A program made the position numbers and the translations under genes. The notes under the pieces are model-generated. The model was not told where the DNA came from, searched no databases, and saw only the letters and a program-made list of their open reading frames with translations. A DNA stretch of 64,000 nucleotides, from the IMG/VR virus record IMGVR_UViG_3300036832_000434, positions 7,750 through 71,749 of that record; one strand, written 5' to 3'. Below are positions 9,103 through 18,634 of this stretch, one piece after another; the first letter of the stretch is position 1; each line of letters begins with the position of its first letter. Source of the stretch: a virus.

Positions 9103-9374
9103 TGGACCATCCGCCGACGGCGGCGGATCGCATGGCTCGGCCCGTGCTCGCGGAGCACGGTCAGCGCGCTTCCGGCGTCCTCTGCCGCGAGCATATGGCC
9201 GGCGATCATCAGCTTGCCCTCATCCTCCGGCATGATGGCCACGACACGCGAGAGCGAGGGGAGCGCGGCGAGCACCGCGGAGCGGAGCGGGGCGAGGCTT
9301 CCGGCCTCGGCGATCGGGTTCAATAGCAGCGGATCATCGGTCGCGACGATGACGACGACAGCGACATTCGGCAT
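9099..9374 (-). CDS. Hypothetical protein, paralog of 1179..1463
   Basis: ATDDP motif; AAGGA RBS. Confidence 0.6.
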   Translation of the reverse strand: MPNVAVVVIVATDDPLLLNPIAEAGSLAPLRSAVLAALPSLSRVVAIMPEDEGKLMIAGHMLAAEDAGSALTVLREHGPSHAIRRRRRMVH

Positions 9375-9439
9375 GGCGATGATTCCTTCCGCTGGAAAAT
9401 GGAAGCGCCCGGCCTATCGGTGGCCGGGCGCCTTGGGCG

Positions 9440-9655
9440 TTACCAGCCTTGTTGCGGGGCAGCGCCGCCGAATACGAGCGCGCCGCCGTCGCTCTTATTC
9501 GCGTGCCAGAACACGCGGGCACGTTTGCCGAGGGCGGCGCGGATAGTCGCCGGAAGCTCCCTCGTCGGCATCATCACGGAGATTGTCCGGCGGTCCTCGC
9601 TATAGATCAGCGCGTCAGGCGGGCCGGAGATCGGCTTTTGGATTTTGACGATCAT
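9440..9655 (-). CDS. Hypothetical phage protein
   Basis: GAGGA RBS; MIVKIQKP...LIY..DR. Confidence 0.55.
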   Translation of the reverse strand: MIVKIQKPISGPPDALIYSEDRRTISVMMPTRELPATIRAALGKRARVFWHANKSDGGALVFGGAAPQQGW

Positions 9656-9666
9656 AATGTCCTCTC

Positions 9667-9999
9667 TCACGCCGCGATCGGCTTGGCGTACTCGAAATAG
9701 CTCCGGACGCGCTCGTTGACCGCCCGGCCGAGAGCGGTCGCAGATATCTCCGATACGCGGCGATCGTCCGCGCTGTCGGTGCGCGTCAGCAAGCCGATCT
9801 CGATCAGCCGGTCCGCCGTGCGCGAGATCGTCGGCGCCGAAATCTCCAGTACCGCCGCGGCATCGCCGCGCGCGAGCGGGACGCCGTTGTCGCAGACGAG
9901 CGCGAGCAGTTGGAGATGTCGGGGATTGAGCTTGCCCATTGCCGGATCGGCCGCGAGCAAAGCCGAGAAAGCCCATAGATGGGTCGCGGTGGTACTCAT
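9667..9999 (-). CDS. MarR-family winged-helix regulator
   Basis: ISAPTISRTADRLIEIGLLTRTDSADDRR. Confidence 0.8.
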   Translation of the reverse strand: MSTTATHLWAFSALLAADPAMGKLNPRHLQLLALVCDNGVPLARGDAAAVLEISAPTISRTADRLIEIGLLTRTDSADDRRVSEISATALGRAVNERVRSYFEYAKPIAA

Positions 10000-11903
10000 G
10001 CCGGCGCTCCCTCGGCCGGCGGTAGCGCCGCGTGCTTGGCGCCGAACGCCGCATCCGCGCGATCAAATAGATCGGGGGCGGATTCTTTGAGCCGGAGCAT
10101 CACGGTTCGGATCGCGCTACTGCGGAAATAGGTGTCGAATTCCGCCCGTGTCTTGATCGCCTCGATCTCGGCTACCGTCCGCTCGACCCATTTCTCATCT
10201 GCGATGCGCGGGTCAGGCGGCGGCTCTCCGGCCGGCTTTGCCGAGGCGCGCATCAGATCGCCTAGCCAGACCGGGGCGGATATCCCGAACGCCGCGATCC
10301 GATCGGAGACCGCGCGGATCGCGAGCAAGCGTTGTGCGAACGGCGCCTCCGAAAGCGTGGTTTTCTGCGCCTCAAGCCATCCCGGAAGCGCGTCGCGGCC
10401 GTGGTTTTCCACCTCCGCGCGGATCAGCTTGACATAGCCCGGCCACGACGTTTTGCCGCGCTCGATCGGCGGTGCTACGGCCGCATACGCCGTATGACTT
10501 TCGGTCTGACGCTCCGGCTCGGGTGCGTCCATCTCGGCGAGCAATTTCGCCGCCGCCGGATAGTCGAGCCTGATCTGATCGAGCGTGTCGGCGTTGTAGG
10601 CGATCAGCGCATCGATCGCCTCCGCTTGCTCGGCCTCGTTTGCCTCCCGCCATAGTATCAGAAACGCCTTGGCGAATTGCTCCGGATTGCTGATCGACGG
10701 CCCGGTTGCATCGCCGAGGTGATCGATCAGGAACGCCTCGAATTCGGGATCAGCGGCCTTTGCCGGCTTGCGGGCGGCCTCGGCCCGCGCCTTCTGCTCG
10801 GCTTGCTCGGCGGCGAGCTTGCGCCTCCGCTCGGCGGCTTCCTCCGCTTTCGCCTTGGCTTCCTCGTCGGCCTTGGCCTTGGCGGCGGCATCCTCCGCGG
10901 CCTTCGCCTTGGCGGCATCCTCGGCGGTATTGCGCCGATCGCCGAAGGCGGTGCCGGGATCGACCGTCTCATCCTCCGGCCGCTCGGCTTCATCGACCGC
11001 CGCGCCAAGGTAATCGACTTTGCCGTCGATCGTCGGGGCGTCCATCACGGCCCCGAAATCCATCCGCCGCCGCCGGTCCTGCGCCTCATCGATCGCGATC
11101 ACCGAGGCGACTTCGACGGAGCGCGGGAGCCATTTCGAGCCTGACCGGAACACGGTTTTACGCGCCATCGCGATCTCATGGGCGACCCAGGGCGCCTCGG
11201 TATAGCCGCGCGGGACACTCCATCCCTTCGCCTGCGCGCCGTCGCGTTGCTCGACGGCAAAACGGTAGGCTTGGCTCTTGTCGCGGATCGCCAAAACCTC
11301 GCTGTACGGCATCACCTCGAACGCCTGACCGTCGGCAAGCGTCGCGTGCATGTAGGCATAGACGGGGCGGTCATTCGGCCCGCGCATCCCCTTCGGCTTG
11401 TGGCGGACGTGCGCATCGGAGCCGTACTCGAATGAGAACTCATCGCCCGGCCAGACGACATCGGCATGAACGGCGCGGACTAATTTGGTACGGTATGAAA
11501 GATCGAGCAGCCCCGGATAGCCGAAGATCACGTTGATTTCGACCGTATCGAGATCGCGCTTGCGCGTCGCCGGATTGTAGATTTTGGTTTTGAACGGGAT
11601 CAGGTAGCCATGGCCGAGGGGCGTGTTCGGCTCTAGCCCGACTTGGCTCAGCGTGAGGCACGCGCCGACGAATGAGCGGACCGTGGCCTCGGCGAGCAAC
11701 GGCGATTTGGTAACGCTCTGCTCGAATAGGCGGAGCATCCGGTTCGGCTGTACGTGTTGCGGGACCGAGGCGGAAATCCGCTCGAAAAACTCTTGCGTCT
11801 TGAATGCCTCGGCGAGCGTGGCGCATTGACGCAATGGCTTGAAGCTCGTTTTGGCGGGGAGATTGGCGACGTTGCCCGGCCCCTTGGCGGCGGTTTCCGA
11901 CAT
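9996..11903 (-). CDS. recT: RecT-family single-strand annealing protein with long C-terminal extension
   Basis: GLEPNTPLGHGYLIPF, IFGYPGLLDL, VVWPGDEF, MARKTV...KWLPRS. Confidence 0.88.
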   Translation of the reverse strand: MSETAAKGPGNVANLPAKTSFKPLRQCATLAEAFKTQEFFERISASVPQHVQPNRMLRLFEQSVTKSPLLAEATVRSFVGACLTLSQVGLEPNTPLGHGYLIPFKTKIYNPATRKRDLDTVEINVIFGYPGLLDLSYRTKLVRAVHADVVWPGDEFSFEYGSDAHVRHKPKGMRGPNDRPVYAYMHATLADGQAFEVMPYSEVLAIRDKSQAYRFAVEQRDGAQAKGWSVPRGYTEAPWVAHEIAMARKTVFRSGSKWLPRSVEVASVIAIDEAQDRRRRMDFGAVMDAPTIDGKVDYLGAAVDEAERPEDETVDPGTAFGDRRNTAEDAAKAKAAEDAAAKAKADEEAKAKAEEAAERRRKLAAEQAEQKARAEAARKPAKAADPEFEAFLIDHLGDATGPSISNPEQFAKAFLILWREANEAEQAEAIDALIAYNADTLDQIRLDYPAAAKLLAEMDAPEPERQTESHTAYAAVAPPIERGKTSWPGYVKLIRAEVENHGRDALPGWLEAQKTTLSEAPFAQRLLAIRAVSDRIAAFGISAPVWLGDLMRASAKPAGEPPPDPRIADEKWVERTVAEIEAIKTRAEFDTYFRSSAIRTVMLRLKESAPDLFDRADAAFGAKHAALPPAEGAPA

Positions 11904-11904
11904 C

Positions 11905-12708
11905 TCAGCGGACTCCCATCTTGGTTTCTTCGAAGAATTCGATGCCGGGGATCACCACAAGCGGCTTGCGCGTCGTCGGATCGCGGCCGAAATCGGCAAC
12001 CGCCGTTTTGATCGCGTCCTCGTTGACCATCAGGTATTTGCGCGGGATTTTCGCCGGCTCGACGACACGCCATTTCCAATTCGCGCGGAGCGATGCCGTG
12101 GCGCCGTACGTGCCGGTGACGCGGGTCAGATCGGCCGGGCGGGCGGTAGCGGCGGCGGCGGCGGCTGCCGCCTTGTCGGCGGCCTCTTGGGCTTTGTCGA
12201 AGGCCCAATCGAGCGCGCCCGGCGCGGCCGGCTTCTCTGCGGCGAGCAACGCCGCGGCCTCGGCCGCCTTGCGTTCGGCTTCCTCGCGTGCGGCCTTCGC
12301 CTCGGCCTCCGCCTCGGCCCGGCGCTTGGCGAGCATCCGCCGGCCATAATCGTCCATCGCGGTCTGGATCGGCGCGAGCGATGCGCCTACCGGTGCGACC
12401 AAACGGGCGAACCAAGCATCGACCGCCCGGCCGCCATCGAGAAACGGCGCCTTGGACTCAACCCGGCGCTTTTCTGCCGTGCCGGTCAGCGCCCTTGCCA
12501 TTTTGATGTTCTCGCCGATCTCGGCGAGGGTGTCGTCGTCGTCGATGCGCGGATGGGCCTCGGCCGTCTTGGCGAGCGCGTCGAGAATTTCGGCCCGTCG
12601 CGCGATCAGGCTTTCGAGCGCGAAATCGAGCCATGCGGTAATTTCAGCCGGCGTCAGCGGTGCCGGCGGCACGGGCGCGTTGCGCCCATGATCGATCATT
12701 CCGTCCAT
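11905..12708 (-). CDS. Coiled-coil recombination-associated protein (Gp157/Gam-like C-terminus)
   Basis: KAPFL..GRAVDAWF coiled coil; KIPRKYLMVNEDAI...IPGIEFFEE. Confidence 0.65.
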   Translation of the reverse strand: MDGMIDHGRNAPVPPAPLTPAEITAWLDFALESLIARRAEILDALAKTAEAHPRIDDDDTLAEIGENIKMARALTGTAEKRRVESKAPFLDGGRAVDAWFARLVAPVGASLAPIQTAMDDYGRRMLAKRRAEAEAEAKAAREEAERKAAEAAALLAAEKPAAPGALDWAFDKAQEAADKAAAAAAAATARPADLTRVTGTYGATASLRANWKWRVVEPAKIPRKYLMVNEDAIKTAVADFGRDPTTRKPLVVIPGIEFFEETKMGVR

Positions 12709-13079
12709 TACAGTGTCCTCGGGAGAATTGGTTTCAGGAGCATATGGTCGATCCGCTTGTGCGGATTGGCCGCGGGATGGTCCGGCGCGCTCGCTTTTGC
12801 TGCGGCCTTGGTCGCGATCAGCCAATCGTATTCGGCTTGATCGATCATGGTCCCGCCGGTCCAAATGCGTTCGACGCCTTCGGCTTGGGCGGGATCGGGA
12901 TGGGGATCGAAAGAAAACTCGTCGATTATCGCGCACCATCCGGCGGCGGTTTCGACGATCTGAGCAGGAACGGCCCATCCGCCCCTGACAAGGCGGAGGC
13001 GGAACGTGCCGGGCGAGGGCGGCCAAACGAGCCGGGCTTGTGCCGGATCATGCCGGCGGTTCGAAGCCATTACGCACAC
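12708..13079 (-). CDS. Hypothetical phage protein
   Basis: PGTFRLRLVRGGWAVPA...I..AEY.WL. Confidence 0.6.
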   Translation of the reverse strand: MCVMASNRRHDPAQARLVWPPSPGTFRLRLVRGGWAVPAQIVETAAGWCAIIDEFSFDPHPDPAQAEGVERIWTGGTMIDQAEYDWLIATKAAAKASAPDHPAANPHKRIDHMLLKPILPRTL

Positions 13080-13171
13080 TCCCTAGCATTAAATACGCTA
13101 GGGGCGATTATATCCGAGGTGTGCGATTATATCCAGATCGCGCGCGCATTATTGCGCGCTGCTGGCGCGAT

Positions 13172-13882
13172 TTATTCGCTTCGGCGGGGTGGCGGAATGT
13201 ATCGGATCACCATCACGACGGGAGCAACGGCCACGATCCGCGCATTGAGCATCGGCGGCACGGCATGGCCGATCAGGGTCGCGCGGCCGTCCGGCTGGAT
13301 GGTGACGGTTCGGACAAGACACGTCCCGTCGTCTAGCTCGCAGACGCATTCCTTGCCCTGCAACGCCGGATCGATCCGGCGGATCGATTCAAGTGGGGTG
13401 TGCATCACGACATCGCCGTTTCGATAGGCTGGATAGAGATCATCGCCTACAACCGGAAGCGCATCGAGATCGCGCGGATCGGGGATGTTTTCGATCAAAG
13501 ACTGACCGAACGGACGCTCGCCGGCACCGGGGCGGAGAGCCGCAGGGATGTCGATTTTTTCTTGCAGCATCCGAGTTACTCTCCCTCCGGCTACGAGATA
13601 CCCGACGATACGCGCGGTTGTGCGCGTCTGCAATTCTTCGCCGAAAAGGAGGAAATTCGCTGACGTACTCAAAACATTCGCATAAACCGCTGCGATCTTT
13701 GGGTTTATCGAGCGCCGGCCATTTTCGTGATGCTGGTAGGTCGTCACGCTCATTCCGACAGCGCGTGCAAAATCCTTAGCGCTGATATAGCCCGCTTTCA
13801 TCCGTGCGGTTTTTAGTCGATTTGCGGCCGATCGATAGAGGGCTGATCCCATCTCCGAATAACCGCCTGCCATGTCATTCAC
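13172..13882 (-). CDS. CI-like repressor (XRE HTH + degenerate S24 domain)
   Basis: RLKTARMKAG...YQHHENGRR...FLLFGE; VVGDDLYP.YRNGDVV; divergent from Cro-like gene. Confidence 0.8.
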   Translation of the reverse strand: MNDMAGGYSEMGSALYRSAANRLKTARMKAGYISAKDFARAVGMSVTTYQHHENGRRSINPKIAAVYANVLSTSANFLLFGEELQTRTTARIVGYLVAGGRVTRMLQEKIDIPAALRPGAGERPFGQSLIENIPDPRDLDALPVVGDDLYPAYRNGDVVMHTPLESIRRIDPALQGKECVCELDDGTCLVRTVTIQPDGRATLIGHAVPPMLNARIVAVAPVVMVIRYIPPPRRSE

Positions 13883-13968
13883 AGCGATGGTCCTCTCGTT
13901 CGTAGTCTATGGTTTTCTGACGCGCAAAGGGCTTGACGGGCGAAGTGCGATCTGCACATCAATCGGGG

Positions 13969-14328
13969 ATGGACGCGAGCCGAAGATCGTTTGCCAGCCA
14001 CGCCGAAGCCATCGATCTTTGGCCGTCGGTTGTGGTGCTCGCCGATGATCTGACCCTCCCGCTCTCGACCGTCCGTTCCTGGCGTGAGCGCAATTCGATC
14101 CCATCCGCGCATTGGTCCGCCGTCGCCGCCGCCGCCAAGGCTAGGCGGCTACGAGTCACAGCGGATGCGCTCCAGGCGATCGAGGCCGATCGGGACCGGG
14201 AGCGTCGGGCGCGGAGGAACCTTCCTGCGCAAAGTGCGCGCACGGTAGTCCCGCCTAATGAGATTGCGCAAGAGGACAACGGGCGGACTCGTGCGCGAAA
14301 ACAATCAATTACGGAGGCCATGGGGTGA
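13969..14328 (+). CDS. Cro-like HTH regulator
   Basis: IDLWPS...LADDL....TVRSWRERNSIP..HW. Confidence 0.75.
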   Translation: MDASRRSFASHAEAIDLWPSVVVLADDLTLPLSTVRSWRERNSIPSAHWSAVAAAAKARRLRVTADALQAIEADRDRERRARRNLPAQSARTVVPPNEIAQEDNGRTRARKQSITEAMG

Positions 14329-15026
14329 TGCAGACGGACCAAAGCAACGTCACCAATGACGCGGTGCTCGATTATCTCCGGCAGTACCAGCAGCAGCGGC
14401 GTGCCTGTGACGAGGCCAATGGCGTCCTCCGATCCTTGCTCAAGCGGGCGAAAAGCGACGGGATCAATACGAAGGCGATGATCGCGACCGTCACCGCAAG
14501 CAAACTCGATCCCGAGGTCGTGCAACAGGATATGCGCGACCAAATCCGCTATATGGCGCTCCGGAACATGCCGGTGCATCAGGTCGATCTATTCGGCGAA
14601 AACGGCCTCGATCTCCGCGTCACCGAGAAAAGCCGCGAGGAAGATCAGTCGTGGGCCGCTGACGACGCCGGCTATCATGCCGGGCGGCACGGCGCGCGGG
14701 TCGAAGATTGCCCCTACCAAGCCGGTTCCTCGCTCGCCGATCACTGGTATCGGTCGTGGAAGCGCGGTCAGGAGGCGATCGCGCGCGAACTCGGCCCCGA
14801 CGTGAAGCCGGCGACTGCGAGCCGAAAGCGTCCGAATCGGGAACAACAGACTCTCGACACCGAATCGGGCGAATCGGGCGAGGACGATGGCGTCGAGACG
14901 GTGGGCGCTACGCCGCCGCTGACTGAGCGGGCGACGAAATCCCGTGGCCGGCCGCCTAAGCTCGCGGCCAACGGCGCGCGGGTTAACCGGCCCCGTGCCT
15001 CGCGGGCTTCCGCCGCGGCACACTAG
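14325..15026 (+). CDS. GapR-like (DUF2312) domain fused to RMF-like domain
   Basis: AKSDGINTKAM...KLD N-domain; GYHAG..G....CPY.......W..SW..G. Confidence 0.6.
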   Translation: MMQTDQSNVTNDAVLDYLRQYQQQRRACDEANGVLRSLLKRAKSDGINTKAMIATVTASKLDPEVVQQDMRDQIRYMALRNMPVHQVDLFGENGLDLRVTEKSREEDQSWAADDAGYHAGRHGARVEDCPYQAGSSLADHWYRSWKRGQEAIARELGPDVKPATASRKRPNREQQTLDTESGESGEDDGVETVGATPPLTERATKSRGRPPKLAANGARVNRPRASRASAAAH

Positions 15027-15063
15027 CCGATCCCCTTCCCTCCATCGCTAGGGGTTTGCTGTT

Positions 15064-15624
15064 GTGTCGCTCTCCGACGATCGACGCTGGCCGGGCGGCG
15101 TTTTGGCTCTCGATTTATCGAGCCGGGTCGGGTGGGCCTACGGCCTCCCCGGCGAGCCGGCCCCGCTTTTCGGGTGCTGGCAGCTTCCCTATGTCGGGGG
15201 CGAGGGCGCCCGCTATGCGGCGTTCGAAAACGAGCTAGCGCTTGCCATCGAGCGTCACGCGCCGGCCCGGCTGATCCTAGAGGCTCCGCTGACATTCCAG
15301 GCTTTGCTAGGCGTCAGCAACGCCAAGGTCATGCAGCAGCAATACACGCTCCGCGGGTTCGCATACTCGGAAGCGTGGCGGGCCGCGGTCCCGATCTCCG
15401 AAGTCGATAGCTACACCGTCCGGAGCGAGGTGCTCGGCAAGGGGACATTCGCCAAGGATACCGTCAAGCGCGAGGTGATCTCCTACTGCCGCAAGCGCGG
15501 CTGGCGGGTGCCGGACCATAACGCGGGCGATGCGTGCTTGGTCTGGCAATGGCTGACCGATCGGCTGCTCGTACGTCCGCCGGTCGCCGGGCCGCTTTTC
15601 GCAATGTCGGGGAGGCTTCCATGA
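15064..15624 (+). CDS. RuvC-like Holliday junction resolvase
   Basis: VLALDLS..GWA, LILEAP, DHNAGDA acidic motifs. Confidence 0.8.
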   Translation: MSLSDDRRWPGGVLALDLSSRVGWAYGLPGEPAPLFGCWQLPYVGGEGARYAAFENELALAIERHAPARLILEAPLTFQALLGVSNAKVMQQQYTLRGFAYSEAWRAAVPISEVDSYTVRSEVLGKGTFAKDTVKREVISYCRKRGWRVPDHNAGDACLVWQWLTDRLLVRPPVAGPLFAMSGRLP

Positions 15625-16649
15625 ACCAAATCTCCATGATCCTCCCGCCGGCCGGGCCGATCGAGCAACGTGCGCAGCGTATCCGCGATCTCGTCGGCGC
15701 GGCGCGGACGTGCATCATCGAGATCGGCCGCGAACTCATCGCCGCCAAGGGTGAGCTACCGCACGGCGACTGGTTGCCTTGGCTCGAAACCGAATTCGGC
15801 TGGTCAGTTCGTACAGCCGATAACTACATGAATGTAGCCCACAAATTCGCAAGTGTTGCGAATTTCGACGGCCTCACCATCGACGCGACGGCCCTTTATG
15901 CGCTGGCCTCCCCCGACGTTCCTCCGGCGGCGCGGGAGGAAGCGATCGGGCGGGCGGCCAAGGGCGAGCGGATCACGAAAGCCGAGGCAGACAAGATGGT
16001 TGCCGATGCGACGCTAGCGGCGGTTGCCGATGCAATCGAGGCCGAACGCGCGACGGTCAAGCGAGAGATCGCAGAGTTGACTGAGCGGATAAAGGCAGAA
16101 ACCAGCGCGGAAATGGACGACGCGGCGCAGACCTTATCTGATCTGCAAACCGCCTATGAGGCCGCAATCGAACGCCACAACGAGTTGCAGGGGAAGATCG
16201 ATAACCCGACCGAAGAAATCGTAATCCGCCTCATCGCTCGGCTGACCAAAAAACGCCCATCGAAGCTGACGCTCGTCGCCATCGCTTCGGCGCTGTCGCG
16301 CCCGATCGTGTTCGCCGGCAAGCAATACCAGCCCGCTGCCGAACAGCAGATCGCCGCGATGCGGCAGGCCAAGGCCACGGCCGATGAGCAGCTTGGCAAG
16401 CTGTTCGATCCTAAAGGGCCGCCGGTTCGATGGCACCGCGCTTTGATGGCGCTGCGCACGATCAACGATCTCGACCCCGTTGCTGACCTATTCGGCGCAC
16501 GTCACGACGGTTTCGACCATGCGTTCGCGATCGAGCTACCCAAAGCGCTTGCCTGGATCACCGATTTTGCGAGGGAGATGAGCAAATGCCACCGAACCAA
16601 CACGAACAAAATCTCCGCTTCGTCGTCGAGCAGATCAAACGCCGGCTGA
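15621..16649 (+). CDS. DUF3102-like protein
   Basis: IIEIGRELIAAK..LPHGDWLPWL..EF.WS.RTA.NYM. Confidence 0.8.
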   Translation: MNQISMILPPAGPIEQRAQRIRDLVGAARTCIIEIGRELIAAKGELPHGDWLPWLETEFGWSVRTADNYMNVAHKFASVANFDGLTIDATALYALASPDVPPAAREEAIGRAAKGERITKAEADKMVADATLAAVADAIEAERATVKREIAELTERIKAETSAEMDDAAQTLSDLQTAYEAAIERHNELQGKIDNPTEEIVIRLIARLTKKRPSKLTLVAIASALSRPIVFAGKQYQPAAEQQIAAMRQAKATADEQLGKLFDPKGPPVRWHRALMALRTINDLDPVADLFGARHDGFDHAFAIELPKALAWITDFAREMSKCHRTNTNKISASSSSRSNAG

Positions 16650-17140
16650 AAGCGGGAGACGGCAGGAAATCCTATAGCACCGTTGAAGCCACGGGAATGC
16701 TGTTCGACCGACTAGCTAAAACCAACAAGCTCGACGGCATGGGCCAGGAGGTTATGCGACTTGGTTGTCGGTGCGCGATTGCCGACAATCCGAACCGTGG
16801 TCGGTCGAGCGGAGCATCCGACTTTGGCGGATCGACATCGGAGGCATTGCTTCGCTTACGTCAGCGATCGTTCAACGATTTCGATGCCGACTGGCTAGAC
16901 GAAGAAGTCGCGTTAAACGAGGGGGTGAATGCCGTTCGCATGTTGCGGCGCGACTGCCAGCTTGCAGAATTTCGGGAGTGGATTGATCTCAAGCGCAAGA
17001 AAGGTTCGGAGACGATCGCCGATGCTGATCGGGGGCAGGCGCTGATCGACATGCACCCCGAATGGGAAGCCCAGCCATATTTGACCGCTGAGCAAATCGT
17101 GGGCGCGACCTTGATCGCCGACGACGAAGAAACCGCGTGA
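16586..17140 (+). CDS. Hypothetical protein
   Basis: GGAG RBS; lower GC; coupled to next gene. Confidence 0.6.
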   Translation: MPPNQHEQNLRFVVEQIKRRLKAGDGRKSYSTVEATGMLFDRLAKTNKLDGMGQEVMRLGCRCAIADNPNRGRSSGASDFGGSTSEALLRLRQRSFNDFDADWLDEEVALNEGVNAVRMLRRDCQLAEFREWIDLKRKKGSETIADADRGQALIDMHPEWEAQPYLTAEQIVGATLIADDEETA

Positions 17141-17370
17141 CGCTCCGCTGCCGCTGCGGCTCGCCAGACTGGGTCCATGCCGATCCCGGCACCGTGCGGA
17201 TCGTGACGGGCGACGCGGCGAACGTGATCCTGCTCAAGCCGATCAGGGCAAAGCCGGCGCGGGCATGGTGCATTGCGTGCTCGCCGTGGATTCAATCCGC
17301 CCGGCGTGCGGAGTCGATCCGGGGCGCACACCTCGCGGCGGCGGAAAGAGCTTGGAATTCAGCGCCATGA
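17137..17370 (+). CDS. Small Zn-ribbon-like protein
   Basis: CRCG...WCIAC. Confidence 0.45.
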   Translation: MTLRCRCGSPDWVHADPGTVRIVTGDAANVILLKPIRAKPARAWCIACSPWIQSARRAESIRGAHLAAAERAWNSAP

Positions 17371-17659
17371 CTCACGGCATTCATGCAGAAACGCAAGAAT
17401 TTGCTTTTTCGCGCGAGGCGTTTGAAAATGAAAACGGCCCGCGTTTCTATTCGCGGGCCGTCTCGATTGGTTTAACCGTGCGGGGTGTGAAGCAGCACGA
17501 CAAAATAGGCGGGAAAAACCTCACCCCCTATTTGTCATGCTGACGCACCCTGCGCAAGTGGGAGAGCGTTACAGTGTTGATAATTTGCTCACAATCGCAT
17601 GATTCCAATCCTCTAAGTCGGTCCGGCCGCGGTGTGCAATTAACCCGGAGGGCGCCGCG

Positions 17660-18634
17660 ATGACCTCATCCCCGCATATTTCCTGGGCTTTCAGTCAGCG
17701 CAATTTATCGCTCGCTCAGCGGATGGTTCTGATCGCGCTCGCCGATCGGGCGAACGGATCACGCGTCTGCTGGCCATCGTTCAAGCGCATAGCCGCCGAT
17801 TGTGAGATGACGCAGCGGGCGGTCATCGCCGCCGTGAAGCACCTCCGCGAGCGTTCGCTTATCGAATGCGTGACCGATCCGGACGAAAGGGCGGCAATTC
17901 TGGCGCGCGACGGAGCATGGGAAGGAAGCCGATCGAACCTCTATCGCATCCTCCGCCCGCTCGCCGAAACAGAGAAACCCGGCGATCCGGCGCAACCGCC
18001 GATCTATGAACCTAGTTCACCCTCAGAGCCGGAGCCGCCGCCTGACTATGAACCTAGTTCACCCTCATGGGAGCCTGACTATGAACCTAGTTCACCCTTG
18101 ACCGTGAATCAGGTTCACCCCGAGGGTGAACTACGTTCATACGAATCCCCCATAGAATCTCCAAAGGAAGAAGTAAGAGGCTCACTACGTTCGCCTAGCG
18201 TGCGACGAGAACGCGACGAGATCGCAATCTCAGGTCATCGGGCTATCGTCGATGCGTGGAATGCAACCGCGGCGCGCACCGGGCTTGCCCTCGTCAGAAA
18301 ATTGCGACCGGACCGCGCACGCAAATTGTCCGCCCGGCTGAGCGAGCACAGCGTCGATGAGATCATCGCCGGCATCGAGAAGATCGGGGCGAGCGCCTAC
18401 TGCCACGGCGCGGGCGAAAACGGCTGGCGGGCGGATTTCGATTTCCTGCTGCAACCGAAATCCTGCGAGCGTGCGATCAGCGGGTTTTACGACGATCGCC
18501 CGGCGAAGGGCTTCAACCCGGCGAACCTGACCGGTGCCGGCGCCCTCTTGTGGAAAATCGAGCGCGAGAAAGCCGAAAAAGCGGCTCGACAAGGGACCAA
18601 GCAACCCGAGATGATGGAGATCGGACATGGTTGA
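17660..18634 (+). CDS. Phage replication initiator (N-terminal winged HTH)
   Basis: VLIALADRANG...CWPS..RIA..C; internal iterons; GWRADFDFLL C-domain. Confidence 0.85.
   Translation: MTSSPHISWAFSQRNLSLAQRMVLIALADRANGSRVCWPSFKRIAADCEMTQRAVIAAVKHLRERSLIECVTDPDERAAILARDGAWEGSRSNLYRILRPLAETEKPGDPAQPPIYEPSSPSEPEPPPDYEPSSPSWEPDYEPSSPLTVNQVHPEGELRSYESPIESPKEEVRGSLRSPSVRRERDEIAISGHRAIVDAWNATAARTGLALVRKLRPDRARKLSARLSEHSVDEIIAGIEKIGASAYCHGAGENGWRADFDFLLQPKSCERAISGFYDDRPAKGFNPANLTGAGALLWKIEREKAEKAARQGTKQPEMMEIGHG
18004..18139. repeat. Iterons, probable replication origin
   Basis: CTATGAACCTAGTTCACCCT at 18004, 18046, 18079; degenerate TGAA-N5-TTCA copies at 18105 and 18127. Confidence 0.85.

Noticed and set aside
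18004-18139. Spaced 20-bp repeats as a mini CRISPR array
   Set aside because: Spacers are only 13-22 bp, the repeats are in frame inside the initiator gene, and no cas genes are present; iterons fit better
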